Positions 1 through 12,055 of a stretch of 64,000 nt of DNA are shown one piece after another; position 1 is the stretch's first letter; every line of letters starts with the position of its first letter. Below the pieces are notes generated by a model. It searched no databases, was not told the origin of the DNA, and saw only the letters and a list, made by a program, of their open reading frames with translations. This DNA comes from Azolla caroliniana (taxonomy: Eukaryota > Plantae > Polypodiophyta): positions 18,662,001-18,726,000 of the forward strand of contig JBHGNT010000007.1 of assembly GCA_043228905.1 (NCBI GenBank), written 5' to 3'. A program made the position numbers and the translations under genes.

Positions 1-152
1 GAAGAATGGTGGTTTCATGACGAGATCGCGAGATCGCGAGATCGACAATCCGAATGCATATGGACAAAAATGTCTACTTCAACATGGTGAAAGAGTCGAC
101 TGCATTCGCCCTATGGGAGAAGCTTCAATCAGTATATGAAAAGAAGTTACGT

Positions 153-823
153 TGTTGTGCCTTTCGGTGCCGAATCGTTACGTGAGTCTGGTGGAAATCG
201 CCGAGGTTTTGGACTAGGAGGAGGAGAAGTTTAAGGCTAATAAGAATATGAAAGAGAAAAGTAGGAACCTCGTGAATTTCATGAGTATAGTGAATTAGTA
301 TAATTAGTATTAAGAATATCAATAAATCAACCCAAACTTTCAATAGATTGGAAGAGAGAGATAGGAAATCGTGAATCACACGAGTATAATCAATTCAATC
401 AATATTTAGAAAACCCAAAATCGACAACAACCCTTTACAATTTGCTCCCCCCATCCTTATATAGTGATGGGAGAGTTTAAGTTTACCACATGCAAGCATC
501 ATGCCTTTTCTAACTCTAGTGTTCATGCACACTACATGTGCACGATTGGGTTTCTATCACACCTTTTCATTTAACTCGAGTGTGTATGCATGAATAACTT
601 TTTCTATCATGCTTATCTAGAATATTTACATAGGATAAAGTTTAGTACAACTTTAAAACTCATAATGTGCTAGTACAATGGTAAGGCTTAAAATCGCTAA
701 CATGGAGGTACAGGGTTCAAATCTTGCCCTATGCATGTAACATATTTTCTCTTATTTCTTTATACTTAAGTCAATCGGGTACTCCACGCATATTTTACGT
801 AGTGTACAAAGTACACTACGACA
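153..823 (-). mobile_element. Solo LTR of the tRNA-Trp-primed Ty3 family (related to element E)
   Basis: Both ends match the reverse complement of the 40670-41547 LTR ends. Flanked by ACGT (149-152) and ACGC (824-827). Confidence 0.85.
671..748 (+). promoter_or_regulatory. tRNA-like Pol III A/B-box cassette in LTR (counterparts at 2733, 5505, 11492, 32553, 32678 on +; ~40950-41007 and ~47470-47530 on -)
   Basis: TAGTACAATGGTAAG, then GAGGT, then GGGTTCAAATC about 42 nt after the A-box start, followed by TTTT. Confidence 0.6.
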
Positions 824-2810
824 ACGCTCCTCCAAACTCATCTTGATTTGGCAGTTGTTCAACATGAAGATGAGGGAGTTAGAGTCGACAACCTCCCATA
901 CCAACACCTTTAGTCAAGTGTTGACCGAACTCTCCTTGCAAGGCTTGAATTTTGAAGAAGAAATCAAGGCATTTGCACTCCTTTCGAGCTTCCACATGAG
1001 ATGGGAAGTGTTTTGTACCACCATCACCAATAACTCGATGAACCTGACACTTGATGAAGTGATCAAGGTGGTGTTGTTCGAAGAACTTTGAAGAAAGTCG
1101 ATGGGACTCACCAATGACAATGTCGAAGCACACTTCTTTGGGGAATGGCTTAGAGAATCGACTACGACCAAAGCATGCCAAGAAAGAGAAACGATTGACA
1201 ACGGTCGAAGTCGAGAGATGCACCTTTGAATGCCTATTACACACACTACATGAAGGCCGACCACCAAATTGCCGACTGTTGGACATTGAACAAAAAGGGC
1301 GAAGGCTAAAGATTTGAGCGGAATACATGCTCTTTTGACTCGAATCAGCCATCATTTAGCAACCAAATCCATGTCGTCGAATCACTATCGGGAGAAGTCC
1401 TTTCATTAGAAGGCTCCTTGACCAATGAGGTCATGTATAGTGCATATCAAGATACACAAACGTGGTTGCTTGATTCGGGCGCCACCTTTCACGTGACCCC
1501 CCATAGAGAATGGTTTTCGAACTTTGAGACTAATGTCGGCTCGATTTGACTTGAAAATGCGCAAGAGTACAAGATCATTGGAACATGTGAAATACCCATT
1601 TGGATGTCGAATGAAGCATAATCATCGTACACCAAGTCTGGCACGTGTCCAATCTTCAAAGGAGTTTAATCTTCATCGACATGTTGGCCGAAGATAGGTA
1701 CAAGACGACATTGAGAGAGTCTTCATGGAAAATCTTGAAAGAAAATCTACACATAGACCATGGTGTGAAGTACAACAATTTGTACCCACCCACAATGTAT
1801 AGTTGGGAGGGATCACTCAACGTAGCGGAGATGCCGACATCGTCATTGTGGCTTAAGTGACTCGGCCACATGTCATAACAGGGCTTGAAAGGCTTACGAC
1901 ACTTGGCTACATGCCGAATCTTCAACATTTGGAATTCGACTTTTGCGAGCACTGCCAATATGGGAAGAAGACCCGAAGTTCTCACTCTACTCACCACGAG
2001 ACGATATGAATACCCTTAGAGCTATTTCATAGTGATATCTACAAGCTAATGCCCCAAAGATCTCTAGGCGGTGTGTGGTACTTCTTCACATTCATAGATG
2101 ATTATACACGCACGGTTTGGATTTATCAATCCAAAGACGAAGGGCTTGAAACATTCGCTTAGTGGATAATCGAAGTCGAAAACAGATCTGGCCACAAGGT
2201 GAAAAATTTCTATTAAGACAACGGAGGAGAATACATCTCTATAGCCTTCGCGAAGTACCTGCCCGAAAAAGGGATCTGGCACCAACAGACAACTCCCCAC
2301 ACCCCGTGATACAGAATAGTGTGGCCAAATGGTGTCGTGTCATATGGTGCCAGATTGTTGCATGATCGAGTGGAACCACCGAGGTTTTGGACTAGGAGGA
2401 GGAGGAGGAGTTTACGATGGATAAAATTATGAATAGATTGAAAGAGAGAGAGAGAGAGAGAAAGAAAACTCGTGAATTCACGAGTATAGTGTATTAGATT
2501 AATCAATATTTAGAAACTTAATAATTCCCCAGGAATTCAACCCCTTTTACATTTTGCTCCCACCCTTATATAGTGATAGTAGAGGCTAAGTATATCTCCC
2601 CACGTGGCAAGCATCGTGCTTTCTCTAACTATAGTGCACACTAATTACGCATGAGTAAGTTTCCTAGAATATATATGTGAGAATAAGCTATTGTATATAT
2701 TAAAATCTATAATTATATCACTCATGATGAGTTAGTACAACGGTAAGTTTTGGGGTTTTCATAAAGGTACAGGGTTTGAACCCTGCCCTGTGCATGTAAC
2801 ATATTTTCTT

Positions 2811-2881
2811 TGTAAATAAAATGAGGAGCAAGAGTGGCTAAGATGCAACAGAAGGATTGTGTGTGTGTGTGCACGTAAGGC

Positions 2882-2951
<70 letters not shown>

Positions 2952-3141
2952 AGCCAAAGATAAAAGAATGTATATTACATTAACCAAAATACTTCCAACG
3001 GTAACTAAGTTACAAGGGGTTGGTTTAAATACCAACTAAACTAGGGCAAGTGCCCTTTCTACTATTTACAAAACTAGCCTGATATGACCGTGAGCTAGTG
3101 TGAAACCTATTACTGTGGGAAGTTGAGTTCGACTCTCAACA
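2811..3141 (-). repeat. Copia A 3' LTR with expanded (GA)n microsatellite
   Basis: Direct repeat of 20444-20726. About 30 GA units at 2886-2947 versus about 5 in the other LTR. Confidence 0.92.
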
Positions 3142-4100
3142 CGCCCCTTCGAACACAAGTTCTATTTGTCGAAAAGTTGTTTCGGTTCTGTCTTCGGAAT
3201 TCGGCTTCCGGCATTCATAATCCTCGAACTGGATTGTTCAGCTTTTTGGCTTCGTGCTCGTGTTGCGTACTCACGTATCGTTGCATGTTGCGTACTCAAT
3301 CAATTGCGTACAGTGCACGTGTCACTTGCAATACTCCTCCTCAAGCTCGGCAATGTGGATGTCGCGAGACCAAGATCCAATGCAAATTGCCCGAGCTTGT
3401 CGACTCCTAAGGCCTTCGTAAAAATATCAACAATTTGGAGGTGCATATTGATATGTTGCATATCGATATCTTCGGCTTGTACGCGCTCGCAGATGAAGTG
3501 GTAGTGCACTTCGATGTGTTTAGTCTGTGTGTGGAAGATGGGGTTCCGAACGAGGTAGACGCTGCTCATGTTGTCGCAGAAGAGGCGAATTGGATCCGTA
3601 ATGGGAACGCCCAGATCCTTAAGTATGTGCTTGAGCCATACGGCTTCGCATGCGATGATTGTTGCACCCCTGTATTCGGCTTCTATGCTCGATTGTGCGA
3701 CTGTCGACTGTGTCTTACTACTCCAGGAGATCTCTCTGCTGTCAAGGGAGAAGATGAATCCAGACGTGGATCGTTTGTCCGCTTTGTATCTTGCCTAGTC
3801 TGCGTCTGTGTATCCTCTTAGTGCAATCGAGATGAAGGTTTCGCGGATTCTGCATGAATTGGCTAAGTAGGCCGACTGAATAACTGAGATCGGGTCGCGT
3901 AATGGTGAGATAGATTAAGCTGTTGATCAGTTGACGATACTGAGTTGACTCACACACGGCTGTGCTAGAATCGACATCCATCTTGAGATTACGATCAAGT
4001 GGGGTGGAGATAGGTTTGCATGCGGCCATTCCGAACTTGTAGAGCAAGTTGAGAACGTAGTGCCATTGAGAGATCATTATTCCGACTGGTGTTCGAATTA

Positions 4101-5164
4101 CAGTAACCATTCGGTTAAGTTCGCACTTTGAACGCATGGGTGAAGTGCGCACTTAACCGAGCTGCGCATTTAGGGGTTTTCTGAAAAAATTTGGGGCTTT
4201 TTGAAATTTTTTAGGGTTTCTTGAAATTTTTCCCTTCTCTGTTCATATCATATGTTTCTTCATTAGAAAAGTGATTGATTTATGTGATATAATTGACCTA
4301 AAATGTTTATGGTTTCAGCATACTCTTGTTGGATATCACTTTTTCCCGATTCCATATTACCTTGAGTTTTTGCCTTTTTGCTAGGCCTACCTAATGAATT
4401 TCCTTGGATATGATGAGATTTTTCTTTGCATTCTCTTCCTAGTGGTGGGAGGTTTGAGGAATCGTAGTAGAGATGGAGATGGAGGAGAGCGAAAAAGAGA
4501 GAGGAGGAGCAATGGAGAAAGCATAGGCTAGAACAGAAAGAAAATAAACGAGATGTACAGAAAGAGAAAGAGAGGGAGGAGGGAGTGAAAGAAAGAAGGA
4601 GAAAATTAAGAATGAACGAAGGCGGTGACGGGAGGAGGTGGCGGTGGTGGTGGCGGGAGGAGAGATGGAGAGAAAGAAACAAAATTAAGAAAGTGAGGGA
4701 GGGAGGGAGGGAGGGAGAGAAAGAAACATAATTAAGAATGAATGAATACGGAAAAGGAAATAGATAATTGGGTTAAGTAGGAAAGTTTATTTTCTTTAAC
4801 GAGAATCAAAATTACCTACTCACAGTTCTACACACACACATACAACACATAACACGCACACAAACACTACAACGGGAGAGACCAATTCTGAGATTTTGTT
4901 CTTTTTTCCTTGCATTTCTCTTTGTGCATTTCCAGGAGACCCCACCCACAATCACGTAACAAATTCTTTTAATTTTTTTTTTTTGTTAGAAACTCCTTTC
5001 TTTTATTGTTTTTTGAATGTTTGGAACATAATTTTAATTTCGTTTGATGTAATTTCATCATGAACAATGTAATTTTTTTGATCAGGATTTTGACCTCTAT
5101 AAAAAAAACGCACTTAATAGAATGGTGCACTTAAGTGGGCACACACTTAACCGAATGGTTACTG
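4101..5164. mobile_element. Non-autonomous Tc1/mariner (pogo-like) DNA transposon
   Basis: Perfect 20-bp TIR CAGTAACCATTCGGTTAAGT (4101-4120 / 5145-5164) and TA TSD (4099-4100, 5165-5166). Removal restores host RT LGIEVIRT. Subterminal GCACTTAA repeats; no transposase ORF. Confidence 0.92.
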
Positions 5165-6278
5165 TACTTCAATGCCTAGGAAGTAATGGAGCTCGTGCAG
5201 GTCTTTCATTTCGAATCTGCTGAAGAGAAGTGATTTGACTTTGTTAATCTCGGCGAGATCCTTTCCTCCAATGACCAAATCATCCACGTAAAGGATGATG
5301 ACAAGCGGGCTATCTGACTCATGTCAGATGTACAAGGAGATTTTGACATTCGAAATCTGATCTTATGAAGATACTACATGATCTTTGAGTGCCACGCACG
5401 GGGTGCTTGTTTGAGGCTGTAGAGTCATTCTAGAATGTAGAGTAATATAGAATATTCCTATGATATTAGATTTCATATTCTAGAGATTATACATATAAGA
5501 ATGTTAATACAATGGTTAAGGATTTGACGTGTGTACAACAAGGTCGTGGGTTCAAATCTTTTCGATGCATGATGTGACTGTTATCATGACACTATCCCCC
5601 TTCTTCGACGACACGTCTCACGGGTCGTAGGGTTTGTATTAGGACCTGGTTTACAAGGATATTGGCGATGAAATGCATTGACGAGTTCTGCAGCATTGGA
5701 AAGATTTGTGGCAGGATCCCAAGTTCGATCATTGGGGGTATAGCCTAGCCAATCGACTAAGTAATACAGCTTGTTGCGCACGATTTTAGAATCGAGAACG
5801 ACACGATTTTAGAATCGAGAACGGCAGCAACTTCAAATTCAGGCCCGTCCAAGAACTCGACAGGTGGTGGGGGTGTCGTAAGACGGCCCGGAATTGAACT
5901 TGTAGTATAAGGTTCCAAAAGGGATACATGAAACACCGGATGAAGATGCATTTGCGGAGGGAGGTCAAGACGAAATGCAACATCACTTATCTTACTAGTG
6001 ATCATGTAAGGGCCAAAACGTTGGTAATCCAATTTACTGCAAGGTCGAGTGGTCTTGATGTTGTGTTGGAGAAGCCATACATGATCCCCAATGCGGAAAT
6101 TTTTTGAGGAGTCTAGACGATGACGATCGGCAAGCCTCTTGTGTGTAAATTGAGCATCGTGCAAATTGTGGAGAATGTTAGCTTGAATTTCTTGGAGGCG
6201 ACTAAGACGATCCTCGGCAGCAGGGTTGATAGGAACTTCTGGATGCGCATTCATTGTCCACCGAGGATGACAACCCGT

Positions 6279-6954
6279 TGTCGCGTTGTTACGCGCGTGC
6301 GTGGAGAAGGGCGGAACCACGGGGGTCTTGGACTAAGGAGAAGGGGAGAAGGAATAGGACTTCGGAATGGAGCTTAGCACAAGAAGAGAAAGAATGAACA
6401 AGAGGAAGATGGAGGCCAAATGCTCAACAAGATATATTAGAACCGAAAACCGATTACAAAATGGCGGCTGCGTAGGCCGCACCGAACGACTATGATAAAC
6501 CCGAAACCCTAATCCGACGAAGAAGAAAAGAAACCCTAAACCTAACGCTCGTCCTATGTGGTATACCTTTCGCACTCAAAATAGGCAACCCCCACAATGG
6601 TGCTCTTCCTCTCCCTTTATAGCACAAGGAGAGAAGACCGTTTACAAAAAGGGTGCTACAAAATATCCCCTTTCAATCAATGGGGATATTTCCCTTGATT
6701 TTAGGGGAGGTGGGAAGGATGGGTCTTAACTCCCACCTCTACACGAACTACTATGTACCTATCTCTCTCTCTCACGTGGATGTGCGCGCAAAAGCACATC
6801 ACCTTTACACTTTACAAATCCTAAGGTGCATTTCTAGCACCATACTTATCACTATCGATAAATAGAAATACAACATGTTGATGTGCAACGTTGCACATCG
6901 CGGGTTTGCTTGCTTCGCTCGGGTTTCCGCCTACGGACGAAAATCTTCACGACA
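6279..6954 (-). mobile_element. Solo LTR (E-related Ty3 group) inside the chromovirus integrase
   Basis: TG..CA ends, perfect 4-bp TSD CCGT. Removal restores FANTGCHPRW. Shares GAACCAC....GTCTTGGACTA with the E LTR reverse complement. Confidence 0.9.
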
Positions 6955-9852
6955 CCGTATTTGCGAAAAATGGGGAATATCCTGTAGAAGAATGGGCTGA
7001 GTTGTTGTAAGCGAATTCCGCCAAGTGCAAAAAAGCAACCCAATCATCTTGTTGATAGTTGATGAAACAACGAAGATATTGTTCCAATGTCTGGTTGGTA
7101 CGCTCTGTTTGGCCATTTGTTTCAGGATGATAGCCCGAAGAAAGCTTAACTGAAATGTGGAGAAGTTTGAACAGGTGCTTCCAAAACTTTGAGATGAATT
7201 GTGGACCACGATCACTAATAATATCATCCGGCAGACCATGATGCTTAAATACCTCCCGCATAACGAGATCAGCCGTCTCTTGACTAGTAATCGACTTTGT
7301 ACATGGCAAGAAATGTGCCATTTTCGTAAATCGATCAACCATTGTGAGAATTGCATCAAAACCTTTTGAAACTGGGAGATCAGTAATGAAGTCCAAGGAT
7401 ATAGACTTCCAAGGTGTTTCCGGAATGGGAAGTGGTTGTAGTAAGCCATAGGGTCGGTGACGAGGATTCTTTGATCGACAACATATATCACAACTCCGAA
7501 CATACTCCTCAACAAAATGACGAAGGCGAGGCCACCAATAGCGTCGAGAAATTAATTCTAGAGTCTTGTGAACTCCAAAATGACCAACCATTGGTGAGTC
7601 ATGGCAATGTTGCAAAACTTGTAGCCGTGGGGGACCATCAGGAACATACAATAAATTTTGTTGAAATAGAAAACCATCATGCCAATAGAACTGACAATAG
7701 TCATTACGAGGATTTTTCGACTGTGAGCAAGAAGCACGATCCGGGACGATATGATCCAAAACATCCTTGGCGAAATCATCAGTGGCCATATGATCTCGAA
7801 TGGAATCAAGAAGAGTGGAATTTTCAAGAGTTGTTATGGCATTAACTACCATTAATCGTAATCGATTAGGACCCAAAATGATTTATTTTTGATGCTCAAA
7901 TGCAGGTTCCCCTGGACGAAGTTCCATATAAGAGCGCCGAGAAAGAGCATCTGCTTTGCCTTGTTGCATCCCAGGGCGATATATGATGATAAAGTCGAAG
8001 TGAGTCAAAAATTGTGCCCACCGGGCTTGTCGCCGACTCAAGACTCGCGCATTTTGGAAATAAGTCAGGTTCTTATGATCATTGTAGACAATGATCTGCT
8101 GAGAAGAACCTTCTAGGAAATGTCGCCATTGTTGAAACGAATCCACGATTGCAAGAAGCTCTTTGTCATGGATCTCGTAGTTGATCTCTGCAGCTTCAAA
8201 CTTTCGTGAATGAAAGGCGACAGGGTGTAGTTGTCCATCATCTCCAGTCTGCGAGAGGACACTCCCTAGTGCAAAATCGGATGCATCGGCTTCGAGGATG
8301 AAGCGTTTTGTTGGGTCGACATGTGCTAAGATAGGTGCCGTTGTAAATGCTCGTTTTAAGCTTTCGAATGCCTCGACTGCATCTGAACTCCATATAAATG
8401 GTTGATCTTTATGTGTGAGCTGAGTAAGCGGAAGCACAACCTTGGAATAATCTTTAATAAATTTTCGATAAAAATTTGCAAACTCGAGAAAACATTGCAC
8501 ATCACGCACTGAAAGGGGCGTTTGCCACTCTAAAATTGCTTGTACCTTCGTGGGGTCCATAGCAATACCATTTGACGATACAACATACCCCAAAAATTCC
8601 ACTTGATTCTGGCCGAAACTACACTTTTCTAATTTTGCGTAGAGACCATATTCTCGGAGTCGGCACAGTACTTGACGAACATGTTCATCGTGCTCCTCTT
8701 GGGTCTTTGAGTAGATTAAAATATCATCTAGGTAAACTATAGTGAAGATATCAAGAAAATCTCGAAAAATATCATTCGCCATATGTTGGAAAACAACAGG
8801 TGCATTCGTGAGACCAAATGGCATCACTATATACTCAAAATGTCCATAGCGAGTGCGGAAAGCTGTCTTCCATTCATCCCCCAGGCGAATCCGAACTAGA
8901 TTATATGCTCCGCGAAGGTCCAACTTCGTGAAATATTTTGCACCACTGAGACGTTCCAAAAGATTCGCGATTAATGGTAGAGCATATCTATTTCGGATAG
9001 TCACTTTGTTTAGCCCTCGATAATCCACGACCAACCGAAGAGTCCCATTCTTCTTCTTAACGAAGAAGATAGGTGCACCAGCAGGGGGTCTAGAATGCCG
9101 AATGAATCCGTTTGCCAGATTCTCATCAATATATTCCCGCAAAGTCTCTAGCTCTACAGGGGAGAGATTATAAATTGGGCCCCATGGAGGTTCTTTCCCT
9201 GGTTGTAAGTCAATAGGGCAGTCGTATGGCCGATGCTCCGGCAATGTATTGGCCTTCACCTTATCAAAGACATCTGAAAACTCCTTGTATTTCTCTGGTA
9301 GTTTAATATCCGCTTCACGTGAAGTGGATGATGGAGTTGCTATTATTGCGAAGATGAACATGGCCTCGTTCCCCCCTTCCTCCCGCAACTGTTGTAAAGA
9401 GATGGGCGATAACTCTGGGGATCTATTAGCACATGTAGGAGAGAGGGATGCGGGATTTGTGCTTTTTTCCCGGGTCTCCTCAATTGTTCTTTTCATCCAA
9501 TCAATCTTCGGGTTATGGAGTTCAAACCAAGGGAGACCTAGAACTATTGGGTGGTCCGGACTACGAATAATATTAAAAGAGATTATGCTTGCCAAATTGC
9601 CAAGAACTATCCTAATTGGCTCGGACTCCTCGACTATATCTCCTGATGCTATGGGACGTCCATCAATGACTCCTACGGCTACTGGGCTGGGAAGCTTATT
9701 CAAGAGGATGTTTTGTGACAAGGCAAATTCACAATCCATGAAACAAGAGTTGGCTCCAGAATCTAGAAGGGCAGAGGCTAGGACTCGATGACATGTAGAT
9801 GTGGTAAGCTCGACTTGTGCTGAAAAAACTCGACTCACTTGATTTGATGAAA

Positions 9853-9937
9853 TGGAACCACGACTAGGAACTAACTCTACATAGCTAGGATGGTCCAGCC
9901 AAATGGTTCCTATTTTGGCCGGACTTACTCGTTTAAC
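9853..9937 (-). promoter_or_regulatory. -1 ribosomal frameshift signal (G TTA AAC plus pseudoknot)
   Basis: Heptamer 9937-9931, 6-nt spacer, 11-bp stem. The -1 frame is open into pol. Confidence 0.75.
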
Positions 9938-11049
9938 ACATCCTCTAATTGACTTAAGACATCGAATCTATTCTCATGACATGGACTATGAGGCTTATTT
10001 ATGTTATTAGAAGTAACAATAGAACTCGATGTAGGGTTTTCATGGGCACTTACTTGGTATACTTGACGCCTAGGTTTATGTGGACAATTTACAACTATAT
10101 GTCCTGGACCGCCACAATACAGGCAGAGGCGATGCGCTCGACGTCGTTGCTTCTCAGCATCTAATAACGGCCCACGACGTTGTGTTGACTCTATTTCCAT
10201 CGGAGTTGGGCCATCCCTTGTAATGGGTCTAGAAACTTGTGGAGGCGTTGCGACTACGAAAGCGTAAGTCTGCTCAGGTTGGCGGCGTAACATTTATTGG
10301 CGCTCAAAACGTCGCTCAAATAGACGATTATCACATCGCACAGCTCGACTAATGGCTTCTGTAAGTGACTTCGGATCTTCAGGGAAAGTAAGAAGAAGAT
10401 CTTTGACATCATTTCTCAAACCTTGACGGAATTGATCCATTAAAGCTGCCTCATCCCAAGGGATATCACATGCCAAGAGACGGAACTCGGCTGCATAAGA
10501 CGACGCGAGACGATCTCCTTGTCGGAGCCTTCAAATCTTGTTTATCGCTGTCTTAGTGCTGTCGGTGTCTCCGAAACTAGCTTGAAACTCTTTAACAAAT
10601 GCCTCGAAATCCTCCAACAATAGCGATTTCTACTCAAGAAGTGGTGCGAACCATGCTAATGTCGTACCGCATAGCAAAGTTCCCACTAATCCCACACGAG
10701 CAGCATCAGTTGGATACCGATTGGGATGTAGCTGAATAACTAGATGAACTTGATTCAAAAAGCCTCGAAATAAAGACCTCGTACCATCAAACTTGGCAGG
10801 GAGGTTGATCTTTGGCTCTCTAGGGGAGTTCTGAGACCCTGACGCTTGCTCTCGTAATGACAATATAGTCGCCTCAAGTTGATGAACCCGCTGTGATAAC
10901 TCTTCATATTGTTGAGCTTTTTCGGCCCTCACGTGTTGTAGATCTCCAAGTAGCCTTTGATTCTCATGCTCTAATGCCACAAATTTATTCGTGAGCATGT
11001 CGAGCTCAGAAAGAACACACATGTATTCTTGTTTGCTCATGGACTCCAT
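9925..11049 (-). pseudogene. gag: Chromovirus gag (PEG10/Sushi-like capsid, CCHC knuckle), interrupted by stops
   Basis: ORF pieces 10630..11049 (PAKFDG), 10294..10476 and 9925..10293 (CLYCGGPGHIVVNC). Confidence 0.88.
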
Positions 11050-11123
11050 AGCTTATGAGGGGAGAGGAGAAGGAAGAAGAGAACTTGTTAGGGTTTATGG
11101 AAGACGAAGAGATGAAAGGAAAA

Positions 11124-11133
11124 AAATTGGTTC
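11124..11133 (-). promoter_or_regulatory. Putative self-priming PBS
   Basis: No TGG tRNA-type PBS. Minus-strand GAACCAATTT is complementary to minus-strand AAATTGGTTC at 11261-11252 in the LTR. Confidence 0.7.
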
Positions 11134-11137
11134 GAAC

Positions 11138-11608
11138 TGTCAAGACTGAGAGAGAGAAAGAGAGAGAAAAAGAGATAGAGAGATAATTGAAAGAGAATTA
11201 TTATATTGAAGCGTAAAATGGATTACAAAGAGTAGGCTACAAAATGGCGTTGAACCAATTTAGGTTTGGGATGGGTGGTAGATCCCTATTTATAAGTAAT
11301 AGAGAACACTCTAGAATATTCTAGGTTATCCTAGAATGTAGAGTAATCTAGAAGATCTCTAGAGTATTCTAGAAGGTTCTAGTGGTATAGAACACTCTAG
11401 AATATTCTAGGTCATTCTAGAATGTAGAGTAATATAGAATATTTCTATGATATTAGATTTCATATTCTGAAGGTTATATATATAAGAATATTAATACAAT
11501 GGTTAAAGATTTGACATGTGTACAACAAGGTTGTGGGTTCAAATCCTTTTGAGTCATAATGTGAGTGTCATGATCCTTTCGATGCATGATGTGATTGTTA
11601 TCATGACA
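11138..11608 (-). repeat. Chromovirus 5' LTR with a TCTAGA-rich repeat array in U3
   Basis: TG..CA ends; TATAAA on the minus strand at 11294-11289; matches 5424-5591. Confidence 0.9.
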
Positions 11609-12055
11609 GACATTGTGTTTCACTTTATAAATCCATCGACAACCAATCACTTTCTTCTACGGTGTGTGAGGGACGAGATTCCATGTCTCGTTTTTGCATA
11701 ACGCTTCCATTTCCTCATTCATCGCATCGACCCATTGTGGATCCTTTACGGCTTCAGAAAGTGTTACCCGTAGGAGTTGTACGGGGCGGCATAAGGGTAA
11801 AACACGTTGAAGGGGTTGTTCGGTATGTGTAATATGTATATGAGTGTGTGAGGATGAGTATGTGTGAGCACATGCACAAGAGTGTAACGGTTGTCTCTTT
11901 TGTAATGGTTATTATTTACCGTTACATTTTGTATTAAATAAACCCCTTATGGGGCATGTAATGAAGATAGTTTTTTCCCCTCATTTTTGGTGTCATCTTG
12001 TATTCTCTCTCTCCTTAGCTCTCTCTATTGTAATCCCCTTGGGAGGGGGGGTGAA

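Larger units (their letters stand above)
1..2332 (+). pseudogene. Decayed Ty1/copia gag-protease-integrase fragment (outermost host), split by a solo LTR at 153-823
   Basis: Gag ...AFALWEKLQSVYEKK rejoins SSKLILIWQLFNMKM across the insertion. Protease WLLDSGATFHVTP at ~1460, integrase remnants at 1860-2330. Many stops and frameshifts; resembles the 12899 ORF. Confidence 0.85.
5584..9937 (-). pseudogene. pol: Chromovirus pol (PR-RT-RH-IN-chromodomain) in the -1 frame relative to gag
   Basis: ORFs 7883..9838 and 6947..7876 share a frame with one stop between them; continues in 5757..6278 and 5584..5781. Broken by a solo LTR and a ~23-bp tandem duplication at ~5778-5823. Confidence 0.9.
5424..11608 (-). 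mobile_element. Ty3/gypsy chromovirus, Tcn1/Tf-like, with truncated 3' LTR
   Basis: 5' LTR 11138-11608, 3' LTR remnant 5424-5591, PPT rc GGGGGATAG. Domain order gag, PR (LLDSGA), RT (YLDD), RH, IN, chromodomain (YYLVDWLGY..TWDP). Confidence 0.93.

Noticed and set aside
671-748. Real tRNA genes at the A/B-box cassettes
   Set aside because: Acceptor and anticodon stems do not fold convincingly by eye; reported only as tRNA-like promoter motifs.
4168-4220. Telomere-like TTAGGGTTT motifs
   Set aside because: Isolated degenerate copies, not a tandem array.
4263-4682. 139-aa ORF as a host gene or transposase
   Set aside because: Mostly low-complexity translation of a CT-rich tract; no HTH or DDE motif.
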